Shown: positions 21,344 through 32,202, counted from the first letter of the stretch. The stretch is DNA of 64,000 nt from an uncultured cyanobacterium (GCA_963744145.1 CAVUSO010000001.1:7488001-7552000); one strand, 5' to 3'. The notes: generated by a model from the sequence alone, not told the origin. Program-made: numbers and translations.

Positions 21344-21706
21344 ATGAAGCTAAAACGACTAGGTCATGTGGCCATTTGTGTCCAGGATATTGACAAAGCT
21401 GTGGCTTTTTATCAAAACTTGGGTATGGAGGTAGCTTGGAAAAATCCAGATTGGGCTTATCTGAAAGCTGGTAATGATGGTTTGGCTCTCTTAAGTCCGA
21501 GTTATAAACAAGCTGAAGCTCATTTTGGGTTTATTTTTAGCGAGCGGGCTGAGTTAGAGACCGCTTATGAACAATTAGCAGCTCAAAATCTTCAGATCAC
21601 CAAGATTCATGAGCATCGGGATGGTACTGCTTCTTTCTATGGGAAAGATCCTGATGGTAATTGGTTTGAATATCTTTATGAACCTGGGACAGTAACAGTT
21701 TCGTAA
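21344..21706 (+). CDS. VOC/glyoxalase family protein
   Basis: LGHVAI.V.D...AVAFY; HFGF; SFYGKDPDGNWFE. Confidence 0.88.
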   Translation: MKLKRLGHVAICVQDIDKAVAFYQNLGMEVAWKNPDWAYLKAGNDGLALLSPSYKQAEAHFGFIFSERAELETAYEQLAAQNLQITKIHEHRDGTASFYGKDPDGNWFEYLYEPGTVTVS

Positions 21707-21754
21707 AAGCTGATCTAGGGTCGAGTTCTAGCAACTAGTTGATGACATTACTAT

Positions 21755-21958
21755 TCAGAATTCATCAGTAACTTCTACTCGACCTTTGACGATCAGACGG
21801 ATTAAACGGTCTAGGGATCTAATTTCTTCTTGACTGGTATACTCATCTAAGATTGCGGCCATGATCCCATATCGATCGGCTTGAGTAACTTTGTGAGTAT
21901 CAGTTACATCTGCGATTAGTTGATTGATCGCACCTGGGAGCAGATTGATTTCAGACAT
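21755..21958 (-). CDS. Small conserved-type cyanobacterial hypothetical protein
   Basis: 67-aa ORF with LLPGAI...T.ADRYG.MAA.L...EE.R..DRL...GR pattern. Confidence 0.7.
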   Translation of the reverse strand: MSEINLLPGAINQLIADVTDTHKVTQADRYGIMAAILDEYTSQEEIRSLDRLIRLIVKGRVEVTDEF

Positions 21959-22454
21959 AATGTTGATCCTTAACTCGACCTATTGATCATCTCTTTTGTT
22001 CCTTAAATATTAAGTGATGGGATTGATTTTTCAATGTGATATCTTCAGGAATTTTTTGTGACCTCTTATTGCTTGATCTGTGATCGCTAAGAAAAACGAT
22101 CGCTAGCGGTGATTTTTCTACGCGATCGCACGATCAGTCTTTTGGGTATAATTGAGATTATCGATATTATTACTTAGAAAATCATAGTTTAAGTAGCGAT
22201 TGATAATTCACCTATTATTTGTACTCGACCTCTGATTTTCCGGGTGAGGGAGATCACCAATTGGGTGATCTGTTGATGTCAACGGGATCACTCCCTAGAT
22301 AAAAATCTATGGAAAATGAATTATTTAATAATTATTCTTATAATAGATGACGCCCCAGATTACTTAGGGGAAAGAATATGGCATAATCGCCATCTTTTTC
22401 TTTAATAAAGTTAAAGGGTAATTTATACAGAAATTACCCCAAACTAAACCCTAG

Positions 22455-22970
22455 TTAATGGTCAACATTAGTTAATGAATTATTGGTTAACAGAGATTTA
22501 TTTCGATTAGCAATATTCCGTTCTGGATCGATACCTTTAAAAGTTGGAGGTATCCAAGCTCGAACTAGCAATAGAATGGCTAAAGTTAACAAAAATCCAC
22601 CTGTTGATAAAATTTGTACCCAAGGAGTTTCTAATACTCCGTGAACAATTACTTCTCGTAAAACCGAAACTATTGAAACTTCTACTGCTACTCCGATCGA
22701 AACCCGCTGTTCTTGCAAATAGATAATTAATAGCCGAAATAATTCCACCAAAATTAATAAAAACAGGATATCTGCTGTGACTTCTTTAAAATTCAAGGGT
22801 GGTAGCAAGGAGAAAAACATTTCTCTTAGTTGTAAGACCATGAAACAGAATAGACCTAGACAGAGGGAAATGACAATTAAGTCTTGGACTGTTTCTAAGC
22901 TCTTGACGACTAAATCGCGATTAAAGCATCTATACCAGGTACTTACAGAACTATTTAAAGGCTTTTCCAT
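22455..22970 (-). CDS. PsiE-like (phosphate-starvation-inducible) membrane protein
   Basis: Four TM segments; DILFLLILVELFRLL and VEVSIVSVLREVI motifs. Confidence 0.8.
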   Translation of the reverse strand: MEKPLNSSVSTWYRCFNRDLVVKSLETVQDLIVISLCLGLFCFMVLQLREMFFSLLPPLNFKEVTADILFLLILVELFRLLIIYLQEQRVSIGVAVEVSIVSVLREVIVHGVLETPWVQILSTGGFLLTLAILLLVRAWIPPTFKGIDPERNIANRNKSLLTNNSLTNVDH

Positions 22971-23164
22971 TGCTAAGTTTCTCCACTTTTCTACGTTGCT
23001 ATTTATGGTAACTTAAGTTTAGTCTATATTTACCAAAATCAATGATTAAATATAATTATGATTATCATTATTAAATGCAAGAATTAAAGTGCAGAGAAAT
23101 TTTTCAGATTAGTTTAAGATCATGAATAACACCAATTTAATGTGAAGTTGCACAGATCTAGAAT

Positions 23165-23299
23165 CCCCCTAAATCCCCCTTAACAAGGGGGACTTTAAAT
23201 TCCGGCTCCCCCTTAACAAGGGGGACTTTAAATTCCGGCTCCCCCTTGTTAAGGGGGTTGGGGGGATTGCTCCCCCTTGTTAAGGGGACTGGGGGGATC
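23165..23299. repeat. Cluster of short palindromic CCCCCTT(AAC/GTT)AAGGGGG repeats
   Basis: Four hairpin copies CCCCCTTAACAAGGGGG / CCCCCTTGTTAAGGGG(G), with tandem duplication of the linker ACTTTAAATTCCGGCT. Confidence 0.8.
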
Positions 23300-23359
23300 A
23301 ATTCTATGCAGATTGATCAAGAATTGGCATCAAGATTTTTTCACTCAATCCTAAAACTT

Positions 23360-23761
23360 ATGGCTGATATTGTTGATATTGCAGTTGGTGCAGGTTCTTT
23401 CCAAACTCTAGTGACAGCAGTCCAAGCTGCTAATTTGGTCGGAGCTCTCAAAAGTGCAGGTCCTTTTACTGTGTTTGCACCAAATGATGATGCTTTTGCT
23501 AAGTTACCACCAGGAACAATTACCACGTTAGTCCAAAATATTCCTCAACTGACTAGGATTCTCAAGTTTCATGTGGTTTCTGGAAAATTTATGCAAGCTG
23601 ATTTGGCAAAATTAGGTTCGGTGACATCTCTTGAAGGTGAATCAATTAAGGTTGATTGTTCCGATGGGTTTGAAGTAAAAAATGCTACTGTGATCGCTCC
23701 GGATATTGAAGCTGATAATGGTGTTATTCATGTGATTGACACGGTTATTTTGATGGGGTAA
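23360..23761 (+). CDS. cupS: Fasciclin-domain protein CupS (NDH-1 CO2-uptake small subunit)
   Basis: Start corrected to MADIVDIAV at 23360, because the track's upstream extension runs through repeats. [14 protein letters not shown] and NGVIHVID fasciclin motifs; adjacent to cupA. Confidence 0.85.
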   Translation: MADIVDIAVGAGSFQTLVTAVQAANLVGALKSAGPFTVFAPNDDAFAKLPPGTITTLVQNIPQLTRILKFHVVSGKFMQADLAKLGSVTSLEGESIKVDCSDGFEVKNATVIAPDIEADNGVIHVIDTVILMG

Positions 23762-23834
23762 AAAAAAGGGGGGTAAGGATAATTGATTAATTACCCCTTC
23801 CTCCCTAATTACCCGTGTAAACAAAATTGACCTT

Positions 23835-25130
23835 TTATCTGTAATCTTGATTTTGAATATCCCGTAAGCGAGCTTCGGGACGTTTAAAACGATCCATTTG
23901 CATTTCAAAAAAAGCGCGATTAGCTTTTAAATGTTTGGGATTTTGATCCTCTAAAGGATAGAGTAATGCAGCTCTGAGAGCTTGAATCACCGCCGAAGTT
24001 ACATTATACATGGAACGCTGAAAAGTTATCCCTAACTGAATCAGCAGATCATCTTCACCTCGGCAATGTTGACGATAATATTCTAGCAGATAAGGCGGCA
24101 AAAAGTGTAGCATATCTTGCATTAATAATGTTGGGGGAATTCCTGCTGTCCCGACGGGAAAAACATCAGCATAGAGAATTCCATAATGGAAATCTTTTTG
24201 GTGTTCAGGAACTTGTTTAGCTTGAGCATTATAGGATTTTGTCCCTCGGAAAGGAGAAGTCCGATAAAACACAGCTTCTACATAAGGTAATGCTGCTTCA
24301 TATAACCACATAAATCCCTGGGATTTGGGGACGATTTCATACATTTCTCCCCGAATATATACATGATGGTAAATGGGACGTCCAGCGATCGCAAAAATCC
24401 CATTAATTAGGAAATTCATTGCGTCCGGAACACCTTTAAATCCACCTTCATCATAAATATCGGACATTTCAAAGAAAACCGGAGCCATGATTTCCCAGAA
24501 TAATCCCAGATTAGCATAGTAGGACATCTGACGACATTGTTCTAAGAACATATCTGGGAAGAGCAGATATAAACCCAGCATGACTGGATTATATTTGAAA
24601 TAAGCCCGAATCGCGCGATCGGCATTAGCTTTATATTCCGCACTATCTAAATAGTCATTAAAGCGTCCACCCATTCCTTGGTGCCATAACATCGATCGCA
24701 TACATTCTTCCGCGAATTCCATATTAATGCGATCGTGCCAGAGGTGATGAAATAACTTGGGCATTTTCAGAGTTTCACCTTTTTCCATGAACTGTAAAAG
24801 TTCTGGATGGGCTGTACCTGGTCCTCTCCAAATCCGCAGATCTGCATCATCTCCAGCATAATGATTTTCCAAATCTAAATACTCTTGAGGTAAAAAGTAT
24901 TTAAAGAAAGGAAAAGGATCTAAAAAGACTTTTTCGGCAATATAAAGTAAATTGCGCCAATAAAAATCCATTGGTACTGCATAAGCTTTATAAATACCAA
25001 TGATCTGCATGAGGTTTTCTGGAGTGTCTGGTAACATGGAACCACCAGCTTCTAAACGGTGAATTACTTCAGCAAATTCATGTCGAGAAGGGGGTAATTT
25101 GACGCTAGGTTGGGGAGGAGCTTGAATCAT
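23835..25130 (-). CDS. cupA: CO2 hydration protein CupA/ChpY
   Basis: RLEAGGSMLPDTPENL, HHLWHDRINMEFAE; follows ndhF3-ndhD3. Confidence 0.93.
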   Translation of the reverse strand: MIQAPPQPSVKLPPSRHEFAEVIHRLEAGGSMLPDTPENLMQIIGIYKAYAVPMDFYWRNLLYIAEKVFLDPFPFFKYFLPQEYLDLENHYAGDDADLRIWRGPGTAHPELLQFMEKGETLKMPKLFHHLWHDRINMEFAEECMRSMLWHQGMGGRFNDYLDSAEYKANADRAIRAYFKYNPVMLGLYLLFPDMFLEQCRQMSYYANLGLFWEIMAPVFFEMSDIYDEGGFKGVPDAMNFLINGIFAIAGRPIYHHVYIRGEMYEIVPKSQGFMWLYEAALPYVEAVFYRTSPFRGTKSYNAQAKQVPEHQKDFHYGILYADVFPVGTAGIPPTLLMQDMLHFLPPYLLEYYRQHCRGEDDLLIQLGITFQRSMYNVTSAVIQALRAALLYPLEDQNPKHLKANRAFFEMQMDRFKRPEARLRDIQNQDYR

Positions 25131-25139
25131 GATAATTTC

Positions 25140-26651
25140 CTATTTTTGAATCAAAGATTGATCATTAGCTGCTAATTGAGGAGCTGGATAATTGGGGAGA
25201 GTTGCGACAATTTCCGTCGAACTTGCTTCACTCCAACGGACTAACCAAGTTGGTTGGATTCCCAAGAAAAAGATTACTGCTGCTAAAATTAATGCGGTGT
25301 TACGTTCCCAGCTAAAAACTTTAGGATAGTAAGCAGTTTTGTTATCTAATTTGCCAAAACAAGTCCGGTTGAGCAAAATCACAAAGTAAACTGCTGTTAA
25401 TCCGCTGCTTAATACTAACAAAATTGTCGGGATGGGAAAGACAGAGAAACTACCTTGAAAGACTATAAATTCAGAGATAAATCCAACTAATCCGGGAATC
25501 CCAGCACTAGCCATTCCTCCTAGAATTAATAAGGAACTAATTAAAGGTAAACCACGAATCGGACTCATTAAACCGTTGAGTTGATTTAAATCTCGAGTAC
25601 CAACTTTAATTTCAATTACTCCGACTAAGTGAAAGAGAAGTGCTAAAATTAAGCCGTGACTAACCATTTGAGCAACAGCACCAACTAAACTTAAAGATGT
25701 CACCGCTGCACCAGCAACTAAAATATAGCCCATGTGACCGATGGAACTATATGCTACCATGCGTTTAATGTCTTTTTGCGCAATCGCTGCGATCGCACCA
25801 TATAACACACTAACAGTTCCCCAAATTGCCAGAGCGGGAGCTAAATAAGACCAAGTTTCGGGAAATAACCCTAGACAAAAACGTAGTAAACCATAAGTTC
25901 CTAACTTGGCTAAAATTCCACCTAACAGAATTGCTACTGGTGGAGAAGCTTCGACATAAGCATCAGGTAACCAAGTATGGAAAGGTACTAAGGGAGTTTT
26001 AATTCCAAAACCGATTAATAAGGCAATAATGATGATTAGTTGTACTCCGAATGGTAAAACTTGACTTTTGAGGGAAGCGTAATCAAAGTTACTAGAACCA
26101 CTCACAAAAGCTAATCCCAAAAATGCCGCTAAAATTAGAATTCCTGAAACTGCTGTATACAGTAAAAATTTCATTGCTGCATAATCGCGTTTCGGTCCTC
26201 CCCAAATCGCAATGAGCAAATAGAGGGGAATTAATTCCACTTCATAGAATAACACGAACAACAGCGCATTCTGAGCTACAAATGCTCCAGCTATTCCGGA
26301 ATTGACTAACAAAGTCAAAGCGTAGAACAGCCGAGGACGGGATTGATTACAATCGCTGCTATAAATAACAATCCAGGTCAAGAAGCTATTTAAAGCTAGG
26401 AGTGGTAAAGATATTCCATCTATAGCCAAATGATAGTTTAATCCTAATGGTTTGAGCCAAGGTAGAAATTCAGTAAATTGTAACCCAGGGGCGGTAATGT
26501 CAAATTTACCCATTAGGAATATAGTCCAGCCCACAATTATTGTCGCTAAACCTAATCCTACCCAACGAATCCTTTCTACTGAAATATTTTTCGGGATTAA
26601 ACTAATCAGAATCGCTCCGATAATTGGCAATAAAATCAAGGTAGTGAGCAT
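25140..26651 (-). CDS. ndhD3: NDH-1 subunit 4 (NdhD3)
   Basis: NuoM-type membrane protein (PFHTWLPDAY, AYSSIGHMG); operon position. Confidence 0.9.
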   Translation of the reverse strand: MLTTLILLPIIGAILISLIPKNISVERIRWVGLGLATIIVGWTIFLMGKFDITAPGLQFTEFLPWLKPLGLNYHLAIDGISLPLLALNSFLTWIVIYSSDCNQSRPRLFYALTLLVNSGIAGAFVAQNALLFVLFYEVELIPLYLLIAIWGGPKRDYAAMKFLLYTAVSGILILAAFLGLAFVSGSSNFDYASLKSQVLPFGVQLIIIIALLIGFGIKTPLVPFHTWLPDAYVEASPPVAILLGGILAKLGTYGLLRFCLGLFPETWSYLAPALAIWGTVSVLYGAIAAIAQKDIKRMVAYSSIGHMGYILVAGAAVTSLSLVGAVAQMVSHGLILALLFHLVGVIEIKVGTRDLNQLNGLMSPIRGLPLISSLLILGGMASAGIPGLVGFISEFIVFQGSFSVFPIPTILLVLSSGLTAVYFVILLNRTCFGKLDNKTAYYPKVFSWERNTALILAAVIFFLGIQPTWLVRWSEASSTEIVATLPNYPAPQLAANDQSLIQK

Positions 26652-26713
26652 AATTTTCCGGGATGGTTAGTTGTTTCTGTTTGCTTGCTAATCAAGGAAT
26701 TAGCAATTAGTAA

Positions 26714-28576
26714 TTAGGTGGTGCTGATTACACTCAAATGAGATAGAGCTGGCCAACAAACAATGATGCCCAAGAGTGAAATACCAAGCAGAATGGTGAG
26801 TACATAAAATTGGGTTTGACCAGAAGTGTTATATTTTAAACTTTGTCCGCTGAAAACAGTTACTAAGCCGAATAAATTGACAATTCCATCAACAATATAT
26901 TTGTCAATCCAAGCAATGAATTGAGACAGTATATCGATCGCAAAGACAAAACTAATTCGATATAGTTTGGCGGTGTAGAGGTCATAGGAGAGAAAGTCTT
27001 GCAATGATTTTGATGGTAATTGCACAGGAATTGGTAACATTCTCATCAGATAAATAGCAACTCCCACCGCAAAACCTAATCCACTTGATGCTGCTAATGC
27101 GATCGCAATTCCTAAGTTAATTTCTGTCCAGTTTGGTAAGAGTGATAAGCTGGCTAAAACTAAAGGAAAATGCAAGACTATAGACATTAAAACCACTGTT
27201 GGTAAAATCATGGGCCATGCAACTTCAGGCGATCGCATGGTCATTAATTTTGGTTTACCTCCAAAGATTAAACTGAATACACGAGTCAGACTAAATGCAG
27301 TTAAGCTATTGATTAATAGCAAAATTCCCACTAACCAAGGGTAATTATGCCATAAGCTTTCTGCGAGTTTAAGAAATGCCCAAAAACTGCCTAAAGGTGG
27401 TACAGCTAAAATCCCAAAAGCACCGACTATAAATGCGATCGCAGGAATCGGACGACGAGACCATAAACCTCCCAGTTGAGTTAGGTCTTGACTGATGTTA
27501 TTCCACACAATACAACCAACACTCATCACTAATAATCCCATGCCGATCGCATAAGTTAGGACCAGTAATAAAGCTGCTTCTACTTGTTGAGTACCGACTG
27601 CGATAAAGACTAAACCCATGTAAGCACTAACGGAATAGGAAAGCGCACGTTTGACATCAATTTGGGCGATCGCGATCGCACTAGCACCTACTGCTGTTAC
27701 TGCTCCAACAAATACAGTTACCGAGAGAACAAAAGGAGATAAAGCTAATACAGGTGTTAATTTTACTAACACCCAAGCACCAGTTGTTACCACCACGGAA
27801 TTCCGGAGAATGGTACTGGGTAAAGGTCCTTCCATTGCTTCATCTAACCAAAGATGTAAAGGAAATTGAGCGCATTTACCCATTGGTCCAGCAATTAAAG
27901 CTAAACCTACTAAAGCAGCAATTGTCGGATCTAGATTTGCTGTTTGTGCCCATTTTGCTAGTTCAGAAAAATCCCAAGTTCCTGCTAAGGGATAGAGAGC
28001 AAGAACTCCCATCAGTAATACTAAATCCCCGACTCGTTTGGTTAAAAAAGCATCTCTAGCACCTGTAACTACTAAAGGTTGACTAAACCAAAGTCCGACT
28101 AATAGATAAGTACCAAGGGTGAGAATTTCGAGAATGATGTAGCTAAAAAATAGCGAATCACACAGGGATAATCCACACATTCCAGCTTCAAAGATCGCTA
28201 ACATGGAATAAAACCTTGCCCATCCCCAATCCATTTCCATATATGCGATCGCATATACTTGAGCAAGGAGATTAATTCCTGTGACTAATACCGTACCAGC
28301 TACAGTGACGGAAGAGATTTCGATCGGGATGGTTAAATTGAGATTTGCTACTTCTAACCAAGTAAATACTATTTCTTGGGGTGGTTGATTCCAAATTCCT
28401 ATTAGCGCGATCGCACCATGAAGAAAAGCAATTAATGTTGTGATCGCATTGATATAACCTGCTGGTCTTGGTCCAGTATTCCGAATGATCGCTGGAGACC
28501 AAGGTATAGCTAAAATTACACCGATCAGAGGATAGCATGGTACTAACCAGATCGTCTGAAGCAAAATCTGGGTCAT
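26714..28576 (-). CDS. ndhF3: NDH-1 subunit 5 (NdhF3)
   Basis: NuoL-type (KCAQFPLHLWLDEAMEGP); RNTGPRPAGY N-terminus. Confidence 0.9.
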   Translation of the reverse strand: MTQILLQTIWLVPCYPLIGVILAIPWSPAIIRNTGPRPAGYINAITTLIAFLHGAIALIGIWNQPPQEIVFTWLEVANLNLTIPIEISSVTVAGTVLVTGINLLAQVYAIAYMEMDWGWARFYSMLAIFEAGMCGLSLCDSLFFSYIILEILTLGTYLLVGLWFSQPLVVTGARDAFLTKRVGDLVLLMGVLALYPLAGTWDFSELAKWAQTANLDPTIAALVGLALIAGPMGKCAQFPLHLWLDEAMEGPLPSTILRNSVVVTTGAWVLVKLTPVLALSPFVLSVTVFVGAVTAVGASAIAIAQIDVKRALSYSVSAYMGLVFIAVGTQQVEAALLLVLTYAIGMGLLVMSVGCIVWNNISQDLTQLGGLWSRRPIPAIAFIVGAFGILAVPPLGSFWAFLKLAESLWHNYPWLVGILLLINSLTAFSLTRVFSLIFGGKPKLMTMRSPEVAWPMILPTVVLMSIVLHFPLVLASLSLLPNWTEINLGIAIALAASSGLGFAVGVAIYLMRMLPIPVQLPSKSLQDFLSYDLYTAKLYRISFVFAIDILSQFIAWIDKYIVDGIVNLFGLVTVFSGQSLKYNTSGQTQFYVLTILLGISLLGIIVCWPALSHLSVISTT

Positions 28577-28720
28577 GGAAATGATCCTTTAACTTGGTAA
28601 GGGAAATGATTAATTATCTCTTTTTGTGAAATGGCTTTTTGCCTTTCCACCATGGGATTTCGGTTAAATCTAAAAATACTATAAAGTTATCCATTTAGTC
28701 TAGATTAGATATTTAATATA

Positions 28721-28744
28721 TATCATAGATAATCATCTATGATA
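28721..28744. promoter_or_regulatory. Putative CcmR/NdhR (LysR) operator upstream of ndhF3
   Basis: TATCATAGAT-aatc-ATCTATGATA perfect 10-bp inverted repeat containing ATAG-N8-CTAT (28725-28740). Confidence 0.7.
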
Positions 28745-28883
28745 AGTTCAGCTTATAAATACTATTAGTGAAGTCGTAATGGTGACGCGATCGGCATATT
28801 TTACAATATTTAAGCTTAATGTACTTAATTTTTGGTATTTTGAATGGAGCTACTAGATCAAAATTAGACGTAGGAAACAGAAG

Positions 28884-30449
28884 ATGAGCAAAATCTTGAT
28901 AGTCACTACCAGTCATAACCGTTTTGGTAAAGATGATTCTCATCCGACAGGGGTATGGTTCGAGGAATTTGCTGTACCATACATAGAATTTAGTCAGAGT
29001 GGAGTGGAAATAACGATCAGTAGTCCCCAGGGAGGGACAATACCCATTGATCCACGTAGTTTACCCACTCCAGAACAAGAAAAATTATGGCAACCTGCCT
29101 TGATCGCAGCACAACATACGATTAAATTATCAGAAGTACAGTCAACCGATTTTGATGCAATTTTTCTTCCTGGTGGTCATGGTCCGATGTTTGATTTACC
29201 AGATAATTTAGAATTGCAAAAACTGTTAAGGGAGTTTGAGGAACAAGGAAAAATTATTAGTGCTGTATGTCATGGACCAGCTGGATTAGTCGGTGCTACC
29301 TTAGCAGATGGAACTCCTTTAGTCCGGGGCAAAATTGTTACCGCTTATACTAATGTCGAAGAAGTAGCTGCTAAACTTGACCAAGATGTACCTTTTAGTT
29401 TAGAAGATCGCTTACGGGAATTAGGAGCAGAATTTATCGCTCATCCTCCCAAAGCAGATCATGTGGAAAGAGATGGCAAATTAATTACTGGACAAAATCC
29501 AAATTCCAGTGCTAGTATTGCACAATGGGTTTTAGCAACTTTAAATAATAGTTTACCACCGATTTTTGCTAATACTCCAACCGCGATCGCGCCTAGTAAA
29601 ATTATCGCTAATTTTCCCCAGAATACATTCTTAGAAAATATTGCTATTGATGGACAAGGTAATTGTTTCATCACCAGTTACGAAGAAGGAAAAATCTACC
29701 GCGTTACCACTACTGGAGAAGTTAGTGAATTAGCAAGCATCAATGGTCATCCTGCGGGAATACTGATTGATGATCTTGGTAATCTCTTAGTTTCTGGAGT
29801 CAACCAAGAGCAAATTGCCACAATTTTTCAGATCGATCAGACTGGAGTTGTGACCGAAATTATTACTATTCCTGATGCAATTTTCCTGAATGGAATGACT
29901 CGTTTAACTGACCATCGTTATTTAATTGCAGATTCCTATAAAGGGGCAATTTGGGAAATCAATGCGATCGAAAAAACAGCTCGGATTTGGATTCAACACG
30001 AACGTTTAGCTCGCTCTATTGCTAATCATCCTGTTCCGGGTGTAAATGGTTTAAAAATTTACCATCAAACCCTCTACGCTTCCAATACCCAACGTCAACA
30101 TTTAATCCGTATTCCCATTCAGAATGATTATACTCCCCAGTCTCCAGAACTATTCCTGACTAATATCAATTTAGACGATTTTGCTTTTGATGAACAAGGT
30201 AATCTCTACGGAACTACCCATGTTTATAATAGCGTAGTCCGGATCACTACAGATGGGCAGATTAGCACGATCGCGACAGCAGCACAAGGAGTAACAGGAA
30301 GCACAGCTTTAGCATTTGGACGTGAAGAAAGCGATCGTACAGGAGTTTATGTTGTTACTAACGGAGGGATGTCCTTACCTCTACCTACGGGGGTAGAATC
30401 TGCTAAGGTTGTACGTCTAGAAGTTGGGATAGCAGGGTTAATCAAATAG
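28884..30449 (+). CDS. DJ-1/PfpI (Hsp31/glyoxalase III-like) domain fused to an SMP-30/gluconolactonase-like beta-propeller
   Basis: N-terminal TGVWFEEF, FLPGGHGPMFDL, AVCHGPAG, LITGQNP; C-terminal FLENIA, FLNGMT, IADS, VNGLK, LDDFAFD propeller blades. Confidence 0.85.
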   Translation: MSKILIVTTSHNRFGKDDSHPTGVWFEEFAVPYIEFSQSGVEITISSPQGGTIPIDPRSLPTPEQEKLWQPALIAAQHTIKLSEVQSTDFDAIFLPGGHGPMFDLPDNLELQKLLREFEEQGKIISAVCHGPAGLVGATLADGTPLVRGKIVTAYTNVEEVAAKLDQDVPFSLEDRLRELGAEFIAHPPKADHVERDGKLITGQNPNSSASIAQWVLATLNNSLPPIFANTPTAIAPSKIIANFPQNTFLENIAIDGQGNCFITSYEEGKIYRVTTTGEVSELASINGHPAGILIDDLGNLLVSGVNQEQIATIFQIDQTGVVTEIITIPDAIFLNGMTRLTDHRYLIADSYKGAIWEINAIEKTARIWIQHERLARSIANHPVPGVNGLKIYHQTLYASNTQRQHLIRIPIQNDYTPQSPELFLTNINLDDFAFDEQGNLYGTTHVYNSVVRITTDGQISTIATAAQGVTGSTALAFGREESDRTGVYVVTNGGMSLPLPTGVESAKVVRLEVGIAGLIK

Positions 30450-30450
30450 T

Positions 30451-30771
30451 ATGAAGTTCGCGATTCAATGTAAATTAGCACCGGAGTCCCAAGAGAAACG
30501 CATTTCTTTACGACTTGAACATCTACGCTATATTGAAGCTAATCAAAACCGGATTTTCTGTGGTGGTCCAACTATCGATCATCATGGTAATCCCGAAATG
30601 ATGCTCATTATTATTGATACACCTGATCTTGCTTCAGCTGAAGCTTTTATTCAAGCTGAACCTTATCATCAAGCAGGTGTATTTGAACAAGTTAGTGTTC
30701 GTTTATGGAAACAGGTATTACCAGAATCTGAACCAGGAGAACTGCTACATGAAATAAGGAATAGAAATTAA
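30451..30771 (+). CDS. YciI family protein
   Basis: R..HLRY, GGP, AEAFIQAEPY..AGVF; starts just after the upstream stop codon. Confidence 0.85.
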   Translation: MKFAIQCKLAPESQEKRISLRLEHLRYIEANQNRIFCGGPTIDHHGNPEMMLIIIDTPDLASAEAFIQAEPYHQAGVFEQVSVRLWKQVLPESEPGELLHEIRNRN

Positions 30772-30786
30772 ATAATTCCATTAGGC

Positions 30787-30905
30787 TTGCCCTGAGTGTT
30801 CCCTGAGTTTACCCTGAGTTTACCCTGAGCGTAGTCGAAGGGCGTAGTCGAAGCTTGCCCTGAGCGTAGTCGAAGGGGGCGAAGTCGAAGGGCGAAGTCG
30901 AAGGG
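30787..30905. repeat. Degenerate cluster of CCCTGAGCGTAGTCGAAGGG repeats
   Basis: Multiple full and partial copies of CCCTGAG and GTCGAAGGG; the same unit is nested in the large arrays. Confidence 0.8.
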
Positions 30906-30994
30906 TATGTAGTTGCGATGAGAACACTCTGATCACAACTATATACCTAAAGTACCAATTTATGAAACTGGGATAAATCGTGATTCCCTAATCT

Positions 30995-31840
30995 TTAAAC
31001 TGCTACCAACATAGAATTATAGGAGAATAGCTCAAGCAAATCAGCAGTTTCCTTTTCAATTGTGTAAATTTCAGCTTTAGTCAAAACCTGATGGTAGCGG
31101 TTAACTTTTATCGGTGAAATACCTTTACCATGTAAATTGGTCGTCCACCAATAATCCCTTGCTTCTTGGGTTTGGGAAAAGTACATTTGATCAGATACGG
31201 AACCGCTATTTGGATCGAATTTTTCCATAGATAACCCGGTAAAATTCTTAATCTGTTCAATAATCTGATTGCAATTAGTGACTAAACTTTCGTACTTGAT
31301 ATAGCGAGTTTTTTGACAAAATTCTCGACAGTGGTAATTAATTGCTGGTTGGTAAAAAGACTTATAAAACTTCGCTAATTTGGCAATATTGCGATCGCGC
31401 ACCATCTGATAAAACCATTCTGGATGCTCCTGTGGTTTGATTTTATTCCCCACCTCAAGCAAAGAAGCGATTGTATCGCGGGGATCTCGAACCATAATCA
31501 AATATACACTATCTTGAATTAACTCATACAGATCAGGAAAAAACTTGGTTAATTCTGGTGCTTTTAAAACTAGATGTTCCGCAGGTGCATAACGTTGGTG
31601 GGTTTTTTCTAAAAATGCTTGTACCCACGAAGCACTAAAATTTTTTAGATCATCGAAATTATCAAAATAGTCTTTTGCTTCGACTTCAAAGGTAAATTTA
31701 CCTAAATGATAAGTAGAAATTAAAGCGCTAAAATAAAGAGCTTCTCGGATCAGTGGATTGGTTTTCTTGTCACTACAAAGTAAACTTTGTAATAAAGTTG
31801 TTCCCGATCTGGGGCTCCCACCAATGAAAAAATATGTCAT
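30995..31840 (-). CDS. PAPS-dependent sulfotransferase family protein
   Basis: FIGGSPRSGTTLL (5'-PSB loop); MVRDPRDTIAS (3'-PB); IKYESLV. Confidence 0.9.
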   Translation of the reverse strand: MTYFFIGGSPRSGTTLLQSLLCSDKKTNPLIREALYFSALISTYHLGKFTFEVEAKDYFDNFDDLKNFSASWVQAFLEKTHQRYAPAEHLVLKAPELTKFFPDLYELIQDSVYLIMVRDPRDTIASLLEVGNKIKPQEHPEWFYQMVRDRNIAKLAKFYKSFYQPAINYHCREFCQKTRYIKYESLVTNCNQIIEQIKNFTGLSMEKFDPNSGSVSDQMYFSQTQEARDYWWTTNLHGKGISPIKVNRYHQVLTKAEIYTIEKETADLLELFSYNSMLVAV

Positions 31841-32202
31841 AACTTAGGAATCTCCTGTTGATTTCAAAATTAACTACCTCGGGATTACGGAGAATTTTGA
31901 CTGTATCCGGTCTAATTTGATCATTAATTAGCTGTTCAAAAGAACTGCCTAGAATATTTTAAATCATCTTATCTATTTACTAGATAGGGGGTCTAACCCT
32001 TCACTTATTAAATTGTGACAGAATTAACAAAAGTTAGTAAGCAATTACATCATTCCATCAAGATTAATTGCCACCTGAGTTAAACCTGAAGATGGATAAT
32101 GTTCAGGTGCGATTATTTTAACTAAAACATTAAAGTAGCAAAATAAAATAGAACCAAAAGTCACAATTATGAGTATGACAAAAGTCATGTTGGAAATGGG
32201 GG

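Noticed and set aside
23246..23359. N-terminal extension of the fasciclin/CupS ORF
   Set aside because: It begins in palindromic repeats; the family-like sequence starts at ATG 23360
30995..31840. Sulfotransferase as part of the Ro/Y-RNA system
   Set aside because: It is separated from ro by about 360 bp of AT-rich intergenic DNA, and only co-orientation links them
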